From Vulcanimicrobiota bacterium (GTDB taxonomy: Bacteria > Vulcanimicrobiota > Vulcanimicrobiia > Eremiobacterales > Eremiobacteraceae), in the NCBI GenBank assembly GCA_963812135.1, contig CAWETU010000001.1:672001-736000 (forward strand): a stretch of DNA of 64,000 bases, written 5' to 3'. The position numbers and the translations under genes were made by a program. Shown in pieces: positions 38,868 through 48,354 of the stretch. The notes under the pieces are model-generated. The model saw nothing but the letters and a program-made list of their open reading frames with translations. It had not been told where the DNA came from and did not search any database. Each line of letters begins with the position of its first letter. Positions within the stretch are counted from its first letter, which is position 1.

Positions 38868-39704
38868 ATGCGCACGGTCGTGACCGTCGCACAGCTGCGC
38901 CGCGCGCGGGCATCGCTGCTCGGGCCGGTGGGTTTCGTGCCGACCATGGGCGCGCTGCATGCCGGTCACATCTCGCTCGTCGAGCGCGCGCGCCGCGAAT
39001 GCGCCGGCGTGATCGCGTCGGTCTTCGTCAATCCGCTCCAGTTCGGTCCGGCTGAGGATTTCGATCGCTATCCGCGCTCGCTCGAGGCCGACTCGTCGTC
39101 GCTGGAGCGCGCCGGCGTCGATCTGTTGTTCGCGCCCAGCCGGGATGAGATGTATCCGCCGGACGCGCAGACGCGCATCGCGCCGGGCCCGATAGCGGCA
39201 CACTTGGAGGGCGAGCGGCGGCCGGGATTCTTCGGCGGCGTGGCGACCGTCGTGCTCAAACTGTTCAACGCCGTCGCGCCCGACGTCGCGTACTTCGGCC
39301 AAAAGGATGCGCAGCAGCTCGCCGTCGTGCGGCGCATGGTGCGCGATCTCGATCTGCCGATCAGGATCGAAGGCTGTCCGACCGTGCGCGAACCGGACGG
39401 GTTGGCGCTCTCCTCGCGCAACGCGTACCTCGACGCCGCGCAACGGCGCGAGGCCGTCCGGCTGTACGGCGCACTGCGGCACATCGCGAGCGCGCTCGCG
39501 GAGGGTCAGCGCGACGTCGACGCGGCGGTCGCGCAGGCGGAAGCGATGCTGCCGCCCTTGAAGATGGACTACCTGGCCGTCGTCGACTCTGGCGTGTTTG
39601 AACCCTTGCACGCCGCGCCGGCGAACGCTGACCTGCTCGTGGTCGGCGCCGCGTTCGACGGTCCCACCCGCCTGATCGACAATGTGGAAGTGCACACGCC
39701 CTAA
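38868..39704 (+). CDS. panC: Pantoate--beta-alanine ligase
   Basis: FVPTMGALHAGH, FVNPLQF, FGQKDAQQ, REPDGLALSSRN, RLIDN. Confidence 0.97.
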   Translation: MRTVVTVAQLRRARASLLGPVGFVPTMGALHAGHISLVERARRECAGVIASVFVNPLQFGPAEDFDRYPRSLEADSSSLERAGVDLLFAPSRDEMYPPDAQTRIAPGPIAAHLEGERRPGFFGGVATVVLKLFNAVAPDVAYFGQKDAQQLAVVRRMVRDLDLPIRIEGCPTVREPDGLALSSRNAYLDAAQRREAVRLYGALRHIASALAEGQRDVDAAVAQAEAMLPPLKMDYLAVVDSGVFEPLHAAPANADLLVVGAAFDGPTRLIDNVEVHTP

Positions 39705-39707
39705 GCC

Positions 39708-40931
39708 ATGAGCCGCGCGCAGACGAACGACCTCGCCGGTGCCACCCTGCTCGTCGGGGTGTGCGGCGGCATCGCTGCGTACAAGTGCGCCGGCATCGTC
39801 AGCGCACTGCGTCAAGCGGGCGCCGAGGTGCACGTCATCATGACCGAGTCGGCGCAGCGCTTCGTCACTCCCCTGACCTTCCAAGCGCTCTCCAACCACG
39901 ACGTGCACACCGACATGTTCGCCGCGGGATCGACGTGGGATATCGCGCACATCGGCTTGGTCCGCAAGAGCGATCTGCTGCTCGTGCTCAACGCGACCGC
40001 GAACACGCTCGCCAAGCTCGCGTACGGCATCGCCGACAATCTGCTGACGACCGCGGTGCTGGCGACGCGCCGGCCCGTGCTCGTCGCGCCCGCGATGAAC
40101 ACCGCGATGCTCGAAGCCGCTCCGACGCAAGCCAACATCGCAGCGCTGCAAGCGCGCGGCATGGAATTCATCGAGCCCGGCGCCGGCTTCTTGGCGTGCG
40201 GCGAGGTCGGCAGCGGCCGGCTCGCGGACGAAGACGACATCCTCACCGCGGTGCGCCGCGTTTTAGCGCGTTCGCATCAGCTCGATGGCGAGCGCGTTTT
40301 GATCACCGCCGGTCCGACCCGCGAGTTCGCCGATCCCGCGCGCTTTTTGTCCAATCCTTCGACCGGGCGCATGGGTTATGCGCTTGCGGCCGAGGCGGCG
40401 GCGCGCGGTGCGCGCGTCACGCTCATCAGCGGCCCGACCGAACTGCGTGCGCCGGCGAACGTCGAGCTGATCCGCGTGACGAGTGCGCGCGAGATGCACA
40501 ACGCGGTGCTCGAGCACCTGCCTGCGGCGTCGCTGTTCATCGGCGCCGCCGCGGTCGCAGATTTCCGGCCGGAGCTTGTCAGCGCGCACAAAGCGAAGAA
40601 GGACGTTGCTGAGTCCACGCTTGCGCTCACGCGCAACCCGGACATCATCGCCGACGTCGTGGCGGCGCGCCCGCCGGGCTGCTTCATCGCCGGATTCGCG
40701 GCCGAGTCGGAGCGCGTGGAAGAGAACGCGCGCGAGAAACTGCAACGCAAAGGCCTCGATCTGATCGTCGCCAACCGCATCGGCGGCGCCGGCGGCGCGT
40801 TCGGCTCATCCGAGAACGAAGCGACACTGTTGTGGGGCGCCGACGGCCGCGAGCCTTTGGCGCGCGCGTCAAAAGCCGATGTGGCGTCCGCCATACTCGA
40901 ACGGATCGCCGCGCTGCGGGGCGCGCGCTGA
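39708..40931 (+). CDS. coaBC: Phosphopantothenoylcysteine decarboxylase/ligase
   Basis: GGIAAYK, APAMN, LACGEVGSGRL, ITAGPTRE, SNPSTGRMG, AAVADF, GFAAE. Confidence 0.97.
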   Translation: MSRAQTNDLAGATLLVGVCGGIAAYKCAGIVSALRQAGAEVHVIMTESAQRFVTPLTFQALSNHDVHTDMFAAGSTWDIAHIGLVRKSDLLLVLNATANTLAKLAYGIADNLLTTAVLATRRPVLVAPAMNTAMLEAAPTQANIAALQARGMEFIEPGAGFLACGEVGSGRLADEDDILTAVRRVLARSHQLDGERVLITAGPTREFADPARFLSNPSTGRMGYALAAEAAARGARVTLISGPTELRAPANVELIRVTSAREMHNAVLEHLPAASLFIGAAAVADFRPELVSAHKAKKDVAESTLALTRNPDIIADVVAARPPGCFIAGFAAESERVEENAREKLQRKGLDLIVANRIGGAGGAFGSSENEATLLWGADGREPLARASKADVASAILERIAALRGAR

Positions 40932-40933
40932 GC

Positions 40934-41728
40934 ATGCTGCTCGCCGTCGAGGTCGGCAACACGAACATCAAGTTCGGGTTGTTCGAGACCGAGGGTGCGG
41001 CCGCCGGCACGCTCGTCCACACCTGGCGCTCGGACACCAATCGCCGGCAGACGGGCGACGATCTCGCGGCGCAGGTCGATTCGATGCTGCGGCTCAACTC
41101 GGTGGCGCGCTCGTCGGTGAAACGCGTGGCGGTGTCGAGCGTCGTGCCGCCGCTGTATCGCGCGTTGACCGAGATGGCGCAGCGCTATTTCGGAGCGCGG
41201 CCCGAATTCTTGTCCGCGGCGCGCCAATCGATCGTGCCGGTCAAGACGCGTCATGCATCCGAGCTCGGCGCCGATCTCATCGGGGGAGCGATCGGCGGCG
41301 TCACCAAATACGGCGCGCCGCTCATCGTGGTGCAGTTCGGCACCGCCACCACCTTCGCGGCGGTCTCCGGACACGGGGAGTATCTCGGCACCGCCATCGC
41401 GCCGGGCATCGAAGTGTCGGTCGACGCGCTCATCGGCCGCGCGGCGAAACTCATGGACGTGCCTTTAGTCAAGCCGCCGGCGGCGATCGGCACCGACACT
41501 CCCACCGCGCTGCAATCCGGCGTCATCCTCGGCTTCGTCGGTCAGGTGGAATATCTGGTCGCGAAGATCGCCGGCGAGATGGGTGAGAAGCCGACCGTCG
41601 TGGCGACCGGCGGATTGGCCGATCTGATCGTGCCGCACACCAGCGTCTTCGACGTCAAAGACGAGCGGCTCGTGCTCGACGGCCTCTACGTGTGGGCGTC
41701 CAAAGCCCGCACGCGGGCAAAGGTCTAG
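40934..41728 (+). CDS. coaX: Type III pantothenate kinase
   Basis: LLAVEVGNTNIK, SSVVP, LGAD, FGTATT, IAPG, ATGG. Confidence 0.92.
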   Translation: MLLAVEVGNTNIKFGLFETEGAAAGTLVHTWRSDTNRRQTGDDLAAQVDSMLRLNSVARSSVKRVAVSSVVPPLYRALTEMAQRYFGARPEFLSAARQSIVPVKTRHASELGADLIGGAIGGVTKYGAPLIVVQFGTATTFAAVSGHGEYLGTAIAPGIEVSVDALIGRAAKLMDVPLVKPPAAIGTDTPTALQSGVILGFVGQVEYLVAKIAGEMGEKPTVVATGGLADLIVPHTSVFDVKDERLVLDGLYVWASKARTRAKV

Positions 41729-41740
41729 GACCCGACGTCG

Positions 41741-42316
41741 ATGTCGACAGACACGGTCACGATCGCGGCGTTCGCGGGCAGCCTGCGCAAGGGCTCGTTC
41801 AACCGCATGCTGCTGCGCAACGCAGTGACGCTCGCGCCGTCAGATGTTCGCATGGCTCCGATCGATATCGACGACGTGCCGCTCTTCAATGCCGACATCG
41901 AATCGCCGCCGCCGCCGGCAGTCGCCCGCATGCGCGACACGATCCGCAACGCTGACGCGCTGCTCGTCGTGACGCCCGAGTACAATTACTCGATGTCCGG
42001 TCCGACCAAGAACGCGCTCGACTGGGCGTCGCGTCCGTCCGACGACTCGTGCCTGAACGATAAGCCGGTCGGATTGGCCGGCTGCTCCACCGGCCGTTTC
42101 GGCGGCGCGCGCGCGAAGCTGGCGCTGCTGCCGGTGTTCGTGTTCAACAGCATGCACGTGCTCGACGACCCGATGGTCCATGTCGCCCGCGCGAACACCA
42201 AGTTCAATGCGCAAGGTGAGCTCATCGACGACGAGATCAAGGCCGAGATGCGCGAACTGCTCTCGGCGCTTGCCGCCTTCGCACGCCGGCTCGGAAAAGG
42301 GAAAACCGCACCATGA
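41741..42316 (+). CDS. NAD(P)H-dependent FMN reductase (ChrR/SsuE family)
   Basis: GSLRKGSFN, TPEYN, KNALDWASR. Confidence 0.92.
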   Translation: MSTDTVTIAAFAGSLRKGSFNRMLLRNAVTLAPSDVRMAPIDIDDVPLFNADIESPPPPAVARMRDTIRNADALLVVTPEYNYSMSGPTKNALDWASRPSDDSCLNDKPVGLAGCSTGRFGGARAKLALLPVFVFNSMHVLDDPMVHVARANTKFNAQGELIDDEIKAEMRELLSALAAFARRLGKGKTAP

Positions 42317-43230
42317 CCGATCAGCTGGACCCGATCCATTCGACGGCGCTCGACCTCAACCGCAAGGCGTTCATCGGCATGTCGGCAGGCGCCATCGCCG
42401 CGACATCCACCATCGCCGCCGCACTTGCGGCCGGCGAGGATCTGGGCAAGCCTCATCCGCCGATCGTGTCGGAAAGAGACCCCGCGATCCGCACGCAACA
42501 CGTCACGCTCGCTCGGCCGGATCAGCCGATCTCGGCATACGCGGCGTATCCGAAGAACGCGACTGACGCGACGCCCGGCGTCGTCGTCTGCCAGGCCATC
42601 TGGGGCGTCGATGCGCAGATCCGCGACACCGTCCGCCGTCTTGCGAAGGAAGGTTACGTGGCGATCGCGCCCGAGCTGTACTCGCGGTCCAAAGACATGC
42701 CGTCAGGCGACGGCGCGACCGACTACAAGCCGTTCTCCGAGCTTGCCTCTCAGTTGGTCGACGCAACCGTCGACGGCGATATCGCCGCCGGCGCGACGTG
42801 GATCCGCCAGCGCGCGAAAGCCGCCGAGCAGCAGCGGCCGCCGAAGATCGCCGTGATGGGTTTTTGCATGGGCGGGGGGATCGCGTTGCGCGCGGCCGTC
42901 GACGACTCGAACTTCGACGCCGCCGATGTGTTCTACGGCAAGGTCCGCTGGGGACAGAGCAACGATGGGCCGATCACGGACATGGCGCTCGCGTACACCG
43001 ATAAGCTGCGCGTGCCGCTGATGGGCAACTATGGCGGTCGCGACACCGGCATCTTGCCGGATGACGTGCGCGAAATGGCCAAACGCCTGACGGTGCCGAA
43101 CGATGTCAAGATCTACGACGAAGCCGGGCACGCGTTCTTCGACGACACGCGCGAGTCGTACGTCGCATCCGCCGCGAGCGACGCGTGGACGCGCACGCTC
43201 GCATGGTATGCGAAGTATTTGAAGAGCTGA
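42313..43230 (+). CDS. Dienelactone hydrolase family protein with Tat-like leader
   Basis: GFCMGG nucleophile motif, AGHAF; N-terminal LNRKAFIG followed by a hydrophobic stretch. Confidence 0.88.
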   Translation: MTDQLDPIHSTALDLNRKAFIGMSAGAIAATSTIAAALAAGEDLGKPHPPIVSERDPAIRTQHVTLARPDQPISAYAAYPKNATDATPGVVVCQAIWGVDAQIRDTVRRLAKEGYVAIAPELYSRSKDMPSGDGATDYKPFSELASQLVDATVDGDIAAGATWIRQRAKAAEQQRPPKIAVMGFCMGGGIALRAAVDDSNFDAADVFYGKVRWGQSNDGPITDMALAYTDKLRVPLMGNYGGRDTGILPDDVREMAKRLTVPNDVKIYDEAGHAFFDDTRESYVASAASDAWTRTLAWYAKYLKS

Positions 43231-43240
43231 CGCACGCCCG

Positions 43241-44545
43241 ATGGTGCCACTCGGACGCAAGACGCTCTTCCAAGACCTACCGCGGTTTCTTGTGGCGCAG
43301 GCGGGCGTCGCATTCGCGGTCGGACTGATCGCGATCGAAGCGGGCGTCTATTTCGGGTTCCTCAAAGGGGCGGTACTGCCGATCGAGGAGTCGCGTGCCG
43401 ACTTGTGGGTGGCGGCACGCGAAACGCAGTACTTCGAGCTCGCGCTGCTGATGCGATATGACTCGGTCGCGAAGGCCGCCGGGGTCACCGGCGTCGAGCG
43501 CGCAGAAGCGATGCTGCTCGAAACCTCGGCTTGGCGCGGACCGGGCCACAAGCTGGAATACGTCCGAGTCATCGGGTTCGATCCCGATGGCGAACTCTGG
43601 TCGCCGGGCCCGGTGCCGAAGGCGGCGTTGACAAAGCTGCACGGCACTGACACGGCGATCGTCGACGCTTCCAAGCTCCCCGGGCTCAACATCGACGGCA
43701 TTGGCGACTCGGGCAAGATCGGACAGCGTGAGGTGCGCATCGTCGGCCTGACGCAGGGCACCCAGCCGATGGTGTCGGCGACATTCGTCTACGCGTCGCT
43801 ACCGAACGCCGCGGCGTACCTCGCACCGCCGCCGCCTTCAGCGCGCTCGATCGCCGTTGCGAAAGCGGAGCTCGCCGCGATGCAGTCCGCGCTCGCCGCT
43901 GAACGGGCTGCGTTCGCTGGCGCGCCCGACTTGCTCGCTCAGTTGCCGACGCCGCCGCCCGCCGTTGCGCCGGCACCGGCGGCCTCACCCAGCGATAGTT
44001 TGAAGCCGTCCGACGGCATCAGCTACGTCCTCATCAAGGCCAAGCCCGGAGTGGACATCGATGCGCTCAAAGGGCGGCTCACCACCGAACTGCCGGACAC
44101 GATCGCGTACACGAAAGCCGAGATGATCGAGCGGACGGACTCGTATTGGGTCAAGCGCACCGGCATCGGCTTCGTGCTCGGCCTGCTCGCGATCGTCGGG
44201 CTGGTCGTCGGCGGAACGGTCGCCGGGCAGATCCTCTACACTTCGGTGTCCGAACACATCAAGGAGTACGGCACGCTGCGCGCCATGGGCGCGCCTGACT
44301 CGCTGTTCTACGCAGTCGTCGCCGAGCAGGCGTTTCTGTTGGCGCTGCTCGGCTTCGTGCCCGGCATCATCCTCAGTCTGATCATCGCGCAATGGGCGCA
44401 CCAGCATCGCGACATCCTCATCCTCATCACGCCCGGGAGCGCCGCACTGACGCTCGCGATCATCGTCGCGATGTGCGTCGGCGCCGGCATCTTCGCGGTC
44501 CAGCGCGCGCTGCGCGTCGATCCGGCGATCGTGTTCAAGGCATGA
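43241..44545 (+). CDS. ABC exporter permease (DevC/FtsX/MacB-like)
   Basis: RFLVAQAGVAFAV, ADLWV, QILYTSVSEHIKEYGTLRAMG, DPAIVF. Confidence 0.9.
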   Translation: MVPLGRKTLFQDLPRFLVAQAGVAFAVGLIAIEAGVYFGFLKGAVLPIEESRADLWVAARETQYFELALLMRYDSVAKAAGVTGVERAEAMLLETSAWRGPGHKLEYVRVIGFDPDGELWSPGPVPKAALTKLHGTDTAIVDASKLPGLNIDGIGDSGKIGQREVRIVGLTQGTQPMVSATFVYASLPNAAAYLAPPPPSARSIAVAKAELAAMQSALAAERAAFAGAPDLLAQLPTPPPAVAPAPAASPSDSLKPSDGISYVLIKAKPGVDIDALKGRLTTELPDTIAYTKAEMIERTDSYWVKRTGIGFVLGLLAIVGLVVGGTVAGQILYTSVSEHIKEYGTLRAMGAPDSLFYAVVAEQAFLLALLGFVPGIILSLIIAQWAHQHRDILILITPGSAALTLAIIVAMCVGAGIFAVQRALRVDPAIVFKA

Positions 44546-45240
44546 CCCGCGCTCTGGCGATCATCGCCCACGACGTGCAGATGACCTATCGCGACGGTGC
44601 AACGGCGACCCGCGCCTTGCGCGGCGTCTCGCTCGAGATGAACGCCGGCGAGTTCCTCTTGCTCATGGGTCCATCGGGCTCGGGCAAGACGACGCTGCTC
44701 TCGATCCTCGGCGGCATCCTCACCCCGACGTCGGGCGAGGTGGTCGCGTTGGGTACGCGGCTCAGCTCGCTTAATCCGAGCGCGCTCGCGCGCTTTCGGC
44801 TCGCCAATCTCGGCTTCGTCTTTCAGGGATTCAATCTGTTCGGCGCGCTTACGGCGCGCGAGAATGTCGCGCTGGCGCTCGCGCTCAAGGGCGAGCGCAA
44901 ATCGAAGATACGCGCTCAGGCAGATGCGCTGCTCGCCGAAGTCGGCTTGCGCGACAAGAATGACAGCCGACCCGCCGAGCTCTCAGCCGGCGAGAAACAG
45001 CGCGTGGCGATCGCCCGGGCGCTCGCCTGTTCGCCGCGCATCATCATGGCGGACGAACCCACCGCGTCGTTGGACTCCGAAAACGGCAAGGCGGTGACCG
45101 ATCTGCTATGCGCACTTGCGAAGTCGCGCGGCGCCGCGGTGCTCACCGTGACGCACGATCCGCGTATCGCCGACGTGGCGGATCGGATCGTCTATCTCGA
45201 GGACGGTGCGTTGAAAGATAGTCCAGTAGCAGCGCATTGA
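44542..45240 (+). CDS. ABC exporter ATP-binding protein (DevA/LolD-like)
   Basis: GPSGSGKT, LSAGEKQRVAIAR, ADEPT, VTHD. Confidence 0.94.
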   Translation: MTRALAIIAHDVQMTYRDGATATRALRGVSLEMNAGEFLLLMGPSGSGKTTLLSILGGILTPTSGEVVALGTRLSSLNPSALARFRLANLGFVFQGFNLFGALTARENVALALALKGERKSKIRAQADALLAEVGLRDKNDSRPAELSAGEKQRVAIARALACSPRIIMADEPTASLDSENGKAVTDLLCALAKSRGAAVLTVTHDPRIADVADRIVYLEDGALKDSPVAAH

Positions 45241-45982
45241 ACACGGCGGGCCGCTCGATCATCGGCACGTGGCCGCAGCGCTCGACTCTGAAAAATGCGC
45301 CGTCGCGCGCGTGCGGCGCGAGCTGGCGCTCCCACAACGGGCACGGGCTGATACGGTCATGCGCGCCCCAGATCATGAGCACGAACGCCTCGATCCGGTC
45401 GAGCACCGCCGCGTAATCGTAGTCCGTGCATTCCTTCATCAGCCGGATCATGCTGATCATGCGCCGGTGTTCTTTGAACAGTCGGATCGTCTCATCGATG
45501 TCGCGCTCGCCGACGCATCCAGGATCGTGGAAGATCTTGTCCAGGAGCGTCATCGCGATCGGACGTGTGGCTTTGCCTTGGAACGTGATGCCGAGCTGCG
45601 CCGTCGTGATCGAGCCCGGCGCGCCGCAGAGCACGAGCATGTCGACGCGTTCGGGATGGGCGAGCGTGCAATCGAGCGCGATGCGCGTACCGTACGACCC
45701 GCCTGCGACGATCGCCGACTCGATGTCGCATCGGTCCATGCTCTCGATGACGAGCCGCGCGAGCGGCGCCGCGCTGGCGTGCTGCCCCGCGAACGGTTCG
45801 ACGAAGGCGAGGTAGCCGTAGCCGCGCTCCGTGAGCGCGTCCATCGTCGGCCGCCACATCCACTCGCCGGCGATGAGCCCGGGCAACAACACGACGTGTG
45901 GTTGGGCACCGGCGGGCGGTTGATAGACGAACGCGTCGTTTGCGAGCGGTTGTCGCGGCGCCGCGGCGCGCATCGTGCTCAC
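45143..45982 (-). CDS. Alpha/beta fold hydrolase
   Basis: LLPGL, GGSYG nucleophile, IWGAHD, CGHVPMIERP; GTG 45982 overlaps the upstream stop. Confidence 0.85.
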   Translation of the reverse strand: MSTMRAAAPRQPLANDAFVYQPPAGAQPHVVLLPGLIAGEWMWRPTMDALTERGYGYLAFVEPFAGQHASAAPLARLVIESMDRCDIESAIVAGGSYGTRIALDCTLAHPERVDMLVLCGAPGSITTAQLGITFQGKATRPIAMTLLDKIFHDPGCVGERDIDETIRLFKEHRRMISMIRLMKECTDYDYAAVLDRIEAFVLMIWGAHDRISPCPLWERQLAPHARDGAFFRVERCGHVPMIERPAVFNALLLDYLSTHRPRDRRSDPPRRRYADRASR

Positions 45983-47157
45983 GCGCGTTGGGGCGCGTCC
46001 AGCGCGAGCGCGACCATCATCTGCACGCCCGCCGGCAGGCACGCCTCGTCGATCGCGAAGCGCGCGTTGTGGTGCGCCACCGCCGTCCGCTCGTCGGACT
46101 GCGAGCCGAGGAAGAAGAAGCATCCAGGGCGGCGCTGCAGCATGAATGAGAAATCTTCTGCGCCCATCGTCTGCTCGAGTAGACCCATCCGCTGCGCGCC
46201 GACCGTGCGCGTCGCCAGGGCGTGCACGTACGCCGCTTCGGTCGCATCGTTGACGGTGACCGGATACCGCTGGATGTATTGATAATCGTACGCGGCGCCG
46301 TGCCCCGAGCAGCATCCGGCCAGCACGCGTTCGATACGCGGCTTCATCTGCGCGCGCTCGGCTTCCGAGTAGGCGCGCACTGTGCCAAGCATCGCGACGC
46401 TGTCGGGGATCACGTTGTGGATCGTGCCGCCGTGGATCGCGCCGATCGTGATGACCGCCGGCTCGATCGGATCGACGTTGCGGCTCACGATCGATTGGAG
46501 CTGCGCGATGAAGTATGCAGAGGTCACGATGGGATCGACGGTCTGGTGCGGCGCCGCTCCATGGCCGCCTCGCCCGCGGATCGTCACCTCGATGGAATCG
46601 CTTGACGCCATCACCGGTCCGGGGCGCACCAGCACCTGGCCGGTCGGATAGAGCGAGCTCAGATGGAGGCCGTAGACGCGATCGACATGAGGATCGTCGA
46701 GCACGCCGTCCTCGATCATCGCGCGCGCGCCGCCCTTGCCTTCCTCAGCAGGCTGGAAGCACAGCACGATCGTGCCGTGCACGAGGTCGCGGCGTTCCAT
46801 GATCATCTGCGCGGCGCCGAGCAGTATGGCGGTGTGGGCGTCGTGGCCGCACGCGTGCATCTTGCCGGGCGACGTCGACGCGAACTCGACACCGCTGCGC
46901 TCGTCGATCGGCAAGCAATCCATGTCGGCGCGCAGCAGCACCGTCTTGCCCGGCCGCTTGGTGCGCAGGATCCCGATGACGCCCGTCTGCCCCAAGCCCG
47001 TCCGCACTTCGTAGCCGAGCGCCTTGAGCCGCTCCGCGACGATCTTCGCGGTGCGCACCTCCTCAAAGCCGAGTTCGGGGTGCGCATGGAAGTCGCGCCG
47101 CAGTTCGACGACGTCGCGGATGACCGGCGCGGGCACCTCGAGCAGCGTCGAGCTCAT
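45979..47157 (-). CDS. M20D family amidohydrolase
   Basis: RRDFHAHPELGFEE, RADMD, MHACGHD, FQPAEE, GGHGA, AEDF. Confidence 0.94.
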   Translation of the reverse strand: MSSTLLEVPAPVIRDVVELRRDFHAHPELGFEEVRTAKIVAERLKALGYEVRTGLGQTGVIGILRTKRPGKTVLLRADMDCLPIDERSGVEFASTSPGKMHACGHDAHTAILLGAAQMIMERRDLVHGTIVLCFQPAEEGKGGARAMIEDGVLDDPHVDRVYGLHLSSLYPTGQVLVRPGPVMASSDSIEVTIRGRGGHGAAPHQTVDPIVTSAYFIAQLQSIVSRNVDPIEPAVITIGAIHGGTIHNVIPDSVAMLGTVRAYSEAERAQMKPRIERVLAGCCSGHGAAYDYQYIQRYPVTVNDATEAAYVHALATRTVGAQRMGLLEQTMGAEDFSFMLQRRPGCFFFLGSQSDERTAVAHHNARFAIDEACLPAGVQMMVALALDAPQRA

Positions 47158-48272
47158 TTTCCGCTCGGTCCTTGTTTCGTCCAGGTCAGTCCGCCGTCGG
47201 CGGTCGCCGCGATGATCGGCGCGCCCGCAGCCGATGAGCCGACGATCCAGCCGTGATTCGCGTCGGCGAACGATACGGCGACAGGACCGGCCAGCGTCAC
47301 ATCCGGCACGGTCGAGACCGATTGCCACGACTTGCCACCGTCGTTCGTGCCCGTGATCGAGACCGCGCCTCGCGTGCCGCACTGCGGGCACCCGCCGACG
47401 AAATACGCGGTGTTCGCATCGACGACCGCAAACGGGCCGGGCCACGGTCCAGGTCCGCCCTGTACGGCGGTGTCTTGCGGATACGCCTCGGGCGTGCTCT
47501 TGTTCGCGAGCACGGCTTGCCAATGCGTGCCGCCGTCAATCGTGCGATAGACGATGTAGGGACGTTGGTCGCCCGAGGGAGCGCCGGCGAACTGCACCCA
47601 CGCGACGTCGCTCGCGGCGCAGCCGATCATCGCATACCAGACGCGTTTCGTGTCGATCTGCGGCGAGAACACGTTTGAGAACGTGTCGCCGCCGTCATCC
47701 GATCGAAGCACCGCCGCCTGATACGCCGCCCACGGATGTTGCGGGTTCGACACGCACGCCGAATCGACGAGTTCGGTCGCATCGAGGACGCGCCACGAGC
47801 GAGCGCCGTCGGTGGTGCCGGCCAAGCGGCCGCCGAAAAACGGCGGGATGCGCTCCGTCGTGCCGCTCGCCGGAAGCGGCGAACCGCCGGCCATGGCGAG
47901 GCCGAACGTCGAGCTGCCAAAACTGATCTGGCGCGCGGGATTGCGCGGTTCGGCCAGCTTGTTCCATGATTTTCCGCCGTCGGTCGTGCCGAGCATGACG
48001 CCCGAGCCGGGGATCGGATCGATGCCGGCCGCATAGCCGACGCCGGAGCTCACGAAGCTCAGCGACCAGATCTGGTCGCGGCCAGTGTACTCGCGCTGCC
48101 AGGTCTTGCCGCCGTCGGTGGTCCCCAAGATGGTGCCATCGCCGCCGACCCAGCCGGTGTTCGCAGAGACGAAATCCACCGCGCGCAGCGCGGCCGATGC
48201 GGGCGCGCCGGCGCTCGCCAACAATGCGATCGTGGCGACGAGGCACACGCCCGCCGCATGATGGTTCTTCAT
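47154..48272 (-). CDS. Secreted YCF48/BNR (Asp-box) beta-propeller protein
   Basis: Signal peptide and repeated TxDGGxxW Asp-box motifs. Confidence 0.85.
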   Translation of the reverse strand: MKNHHAAGVCLVATIALLASAGAPASAALRAVDFVSANTGWVGGDGTILGTTDGGKTWQREYTGRDQIWSLSFVSSGVGYAAGIDPIPGSGVMLGTTDGGKSWNKLAEPRNPARQISFGSSTFGLAMAGGSPLPASGTTERIPPFFGGRLAGTTDGARSWRVLDATELVDSACVSNPQHPWAAYQAAVLRSDDGGDTFSNVFSPQIDTKRVWYAMIGCAASDVAWVQFAGAPSGDQRPYIVYRTIDGGTHWQAVLANKSTPEAYPQDTAVQGGPGPWPGPFAVVDANTAYFVGGCPQCGTRGAVSITGTNDGGKSWQSVSTVPDVTLAGPVAVSFADANHGWIVGSSAAGAPIIAATADGGLTWTKQGPSGK

Positions 48273-48354
48273 AACCGCACGGTTCCTGAGCCGCTTCACC
48301 GCGCCCTACCTCGTCGAGGCGGCTCGCGGGCGCAAGTCGAACCTACATCTCCAC

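Noticed and set aside
47154..48272. Photosystem II assembly factor Ycf48 implying photosynthesis
   Set aside because: Generic Asp-box propeller; no photosynthesis genes in the window.
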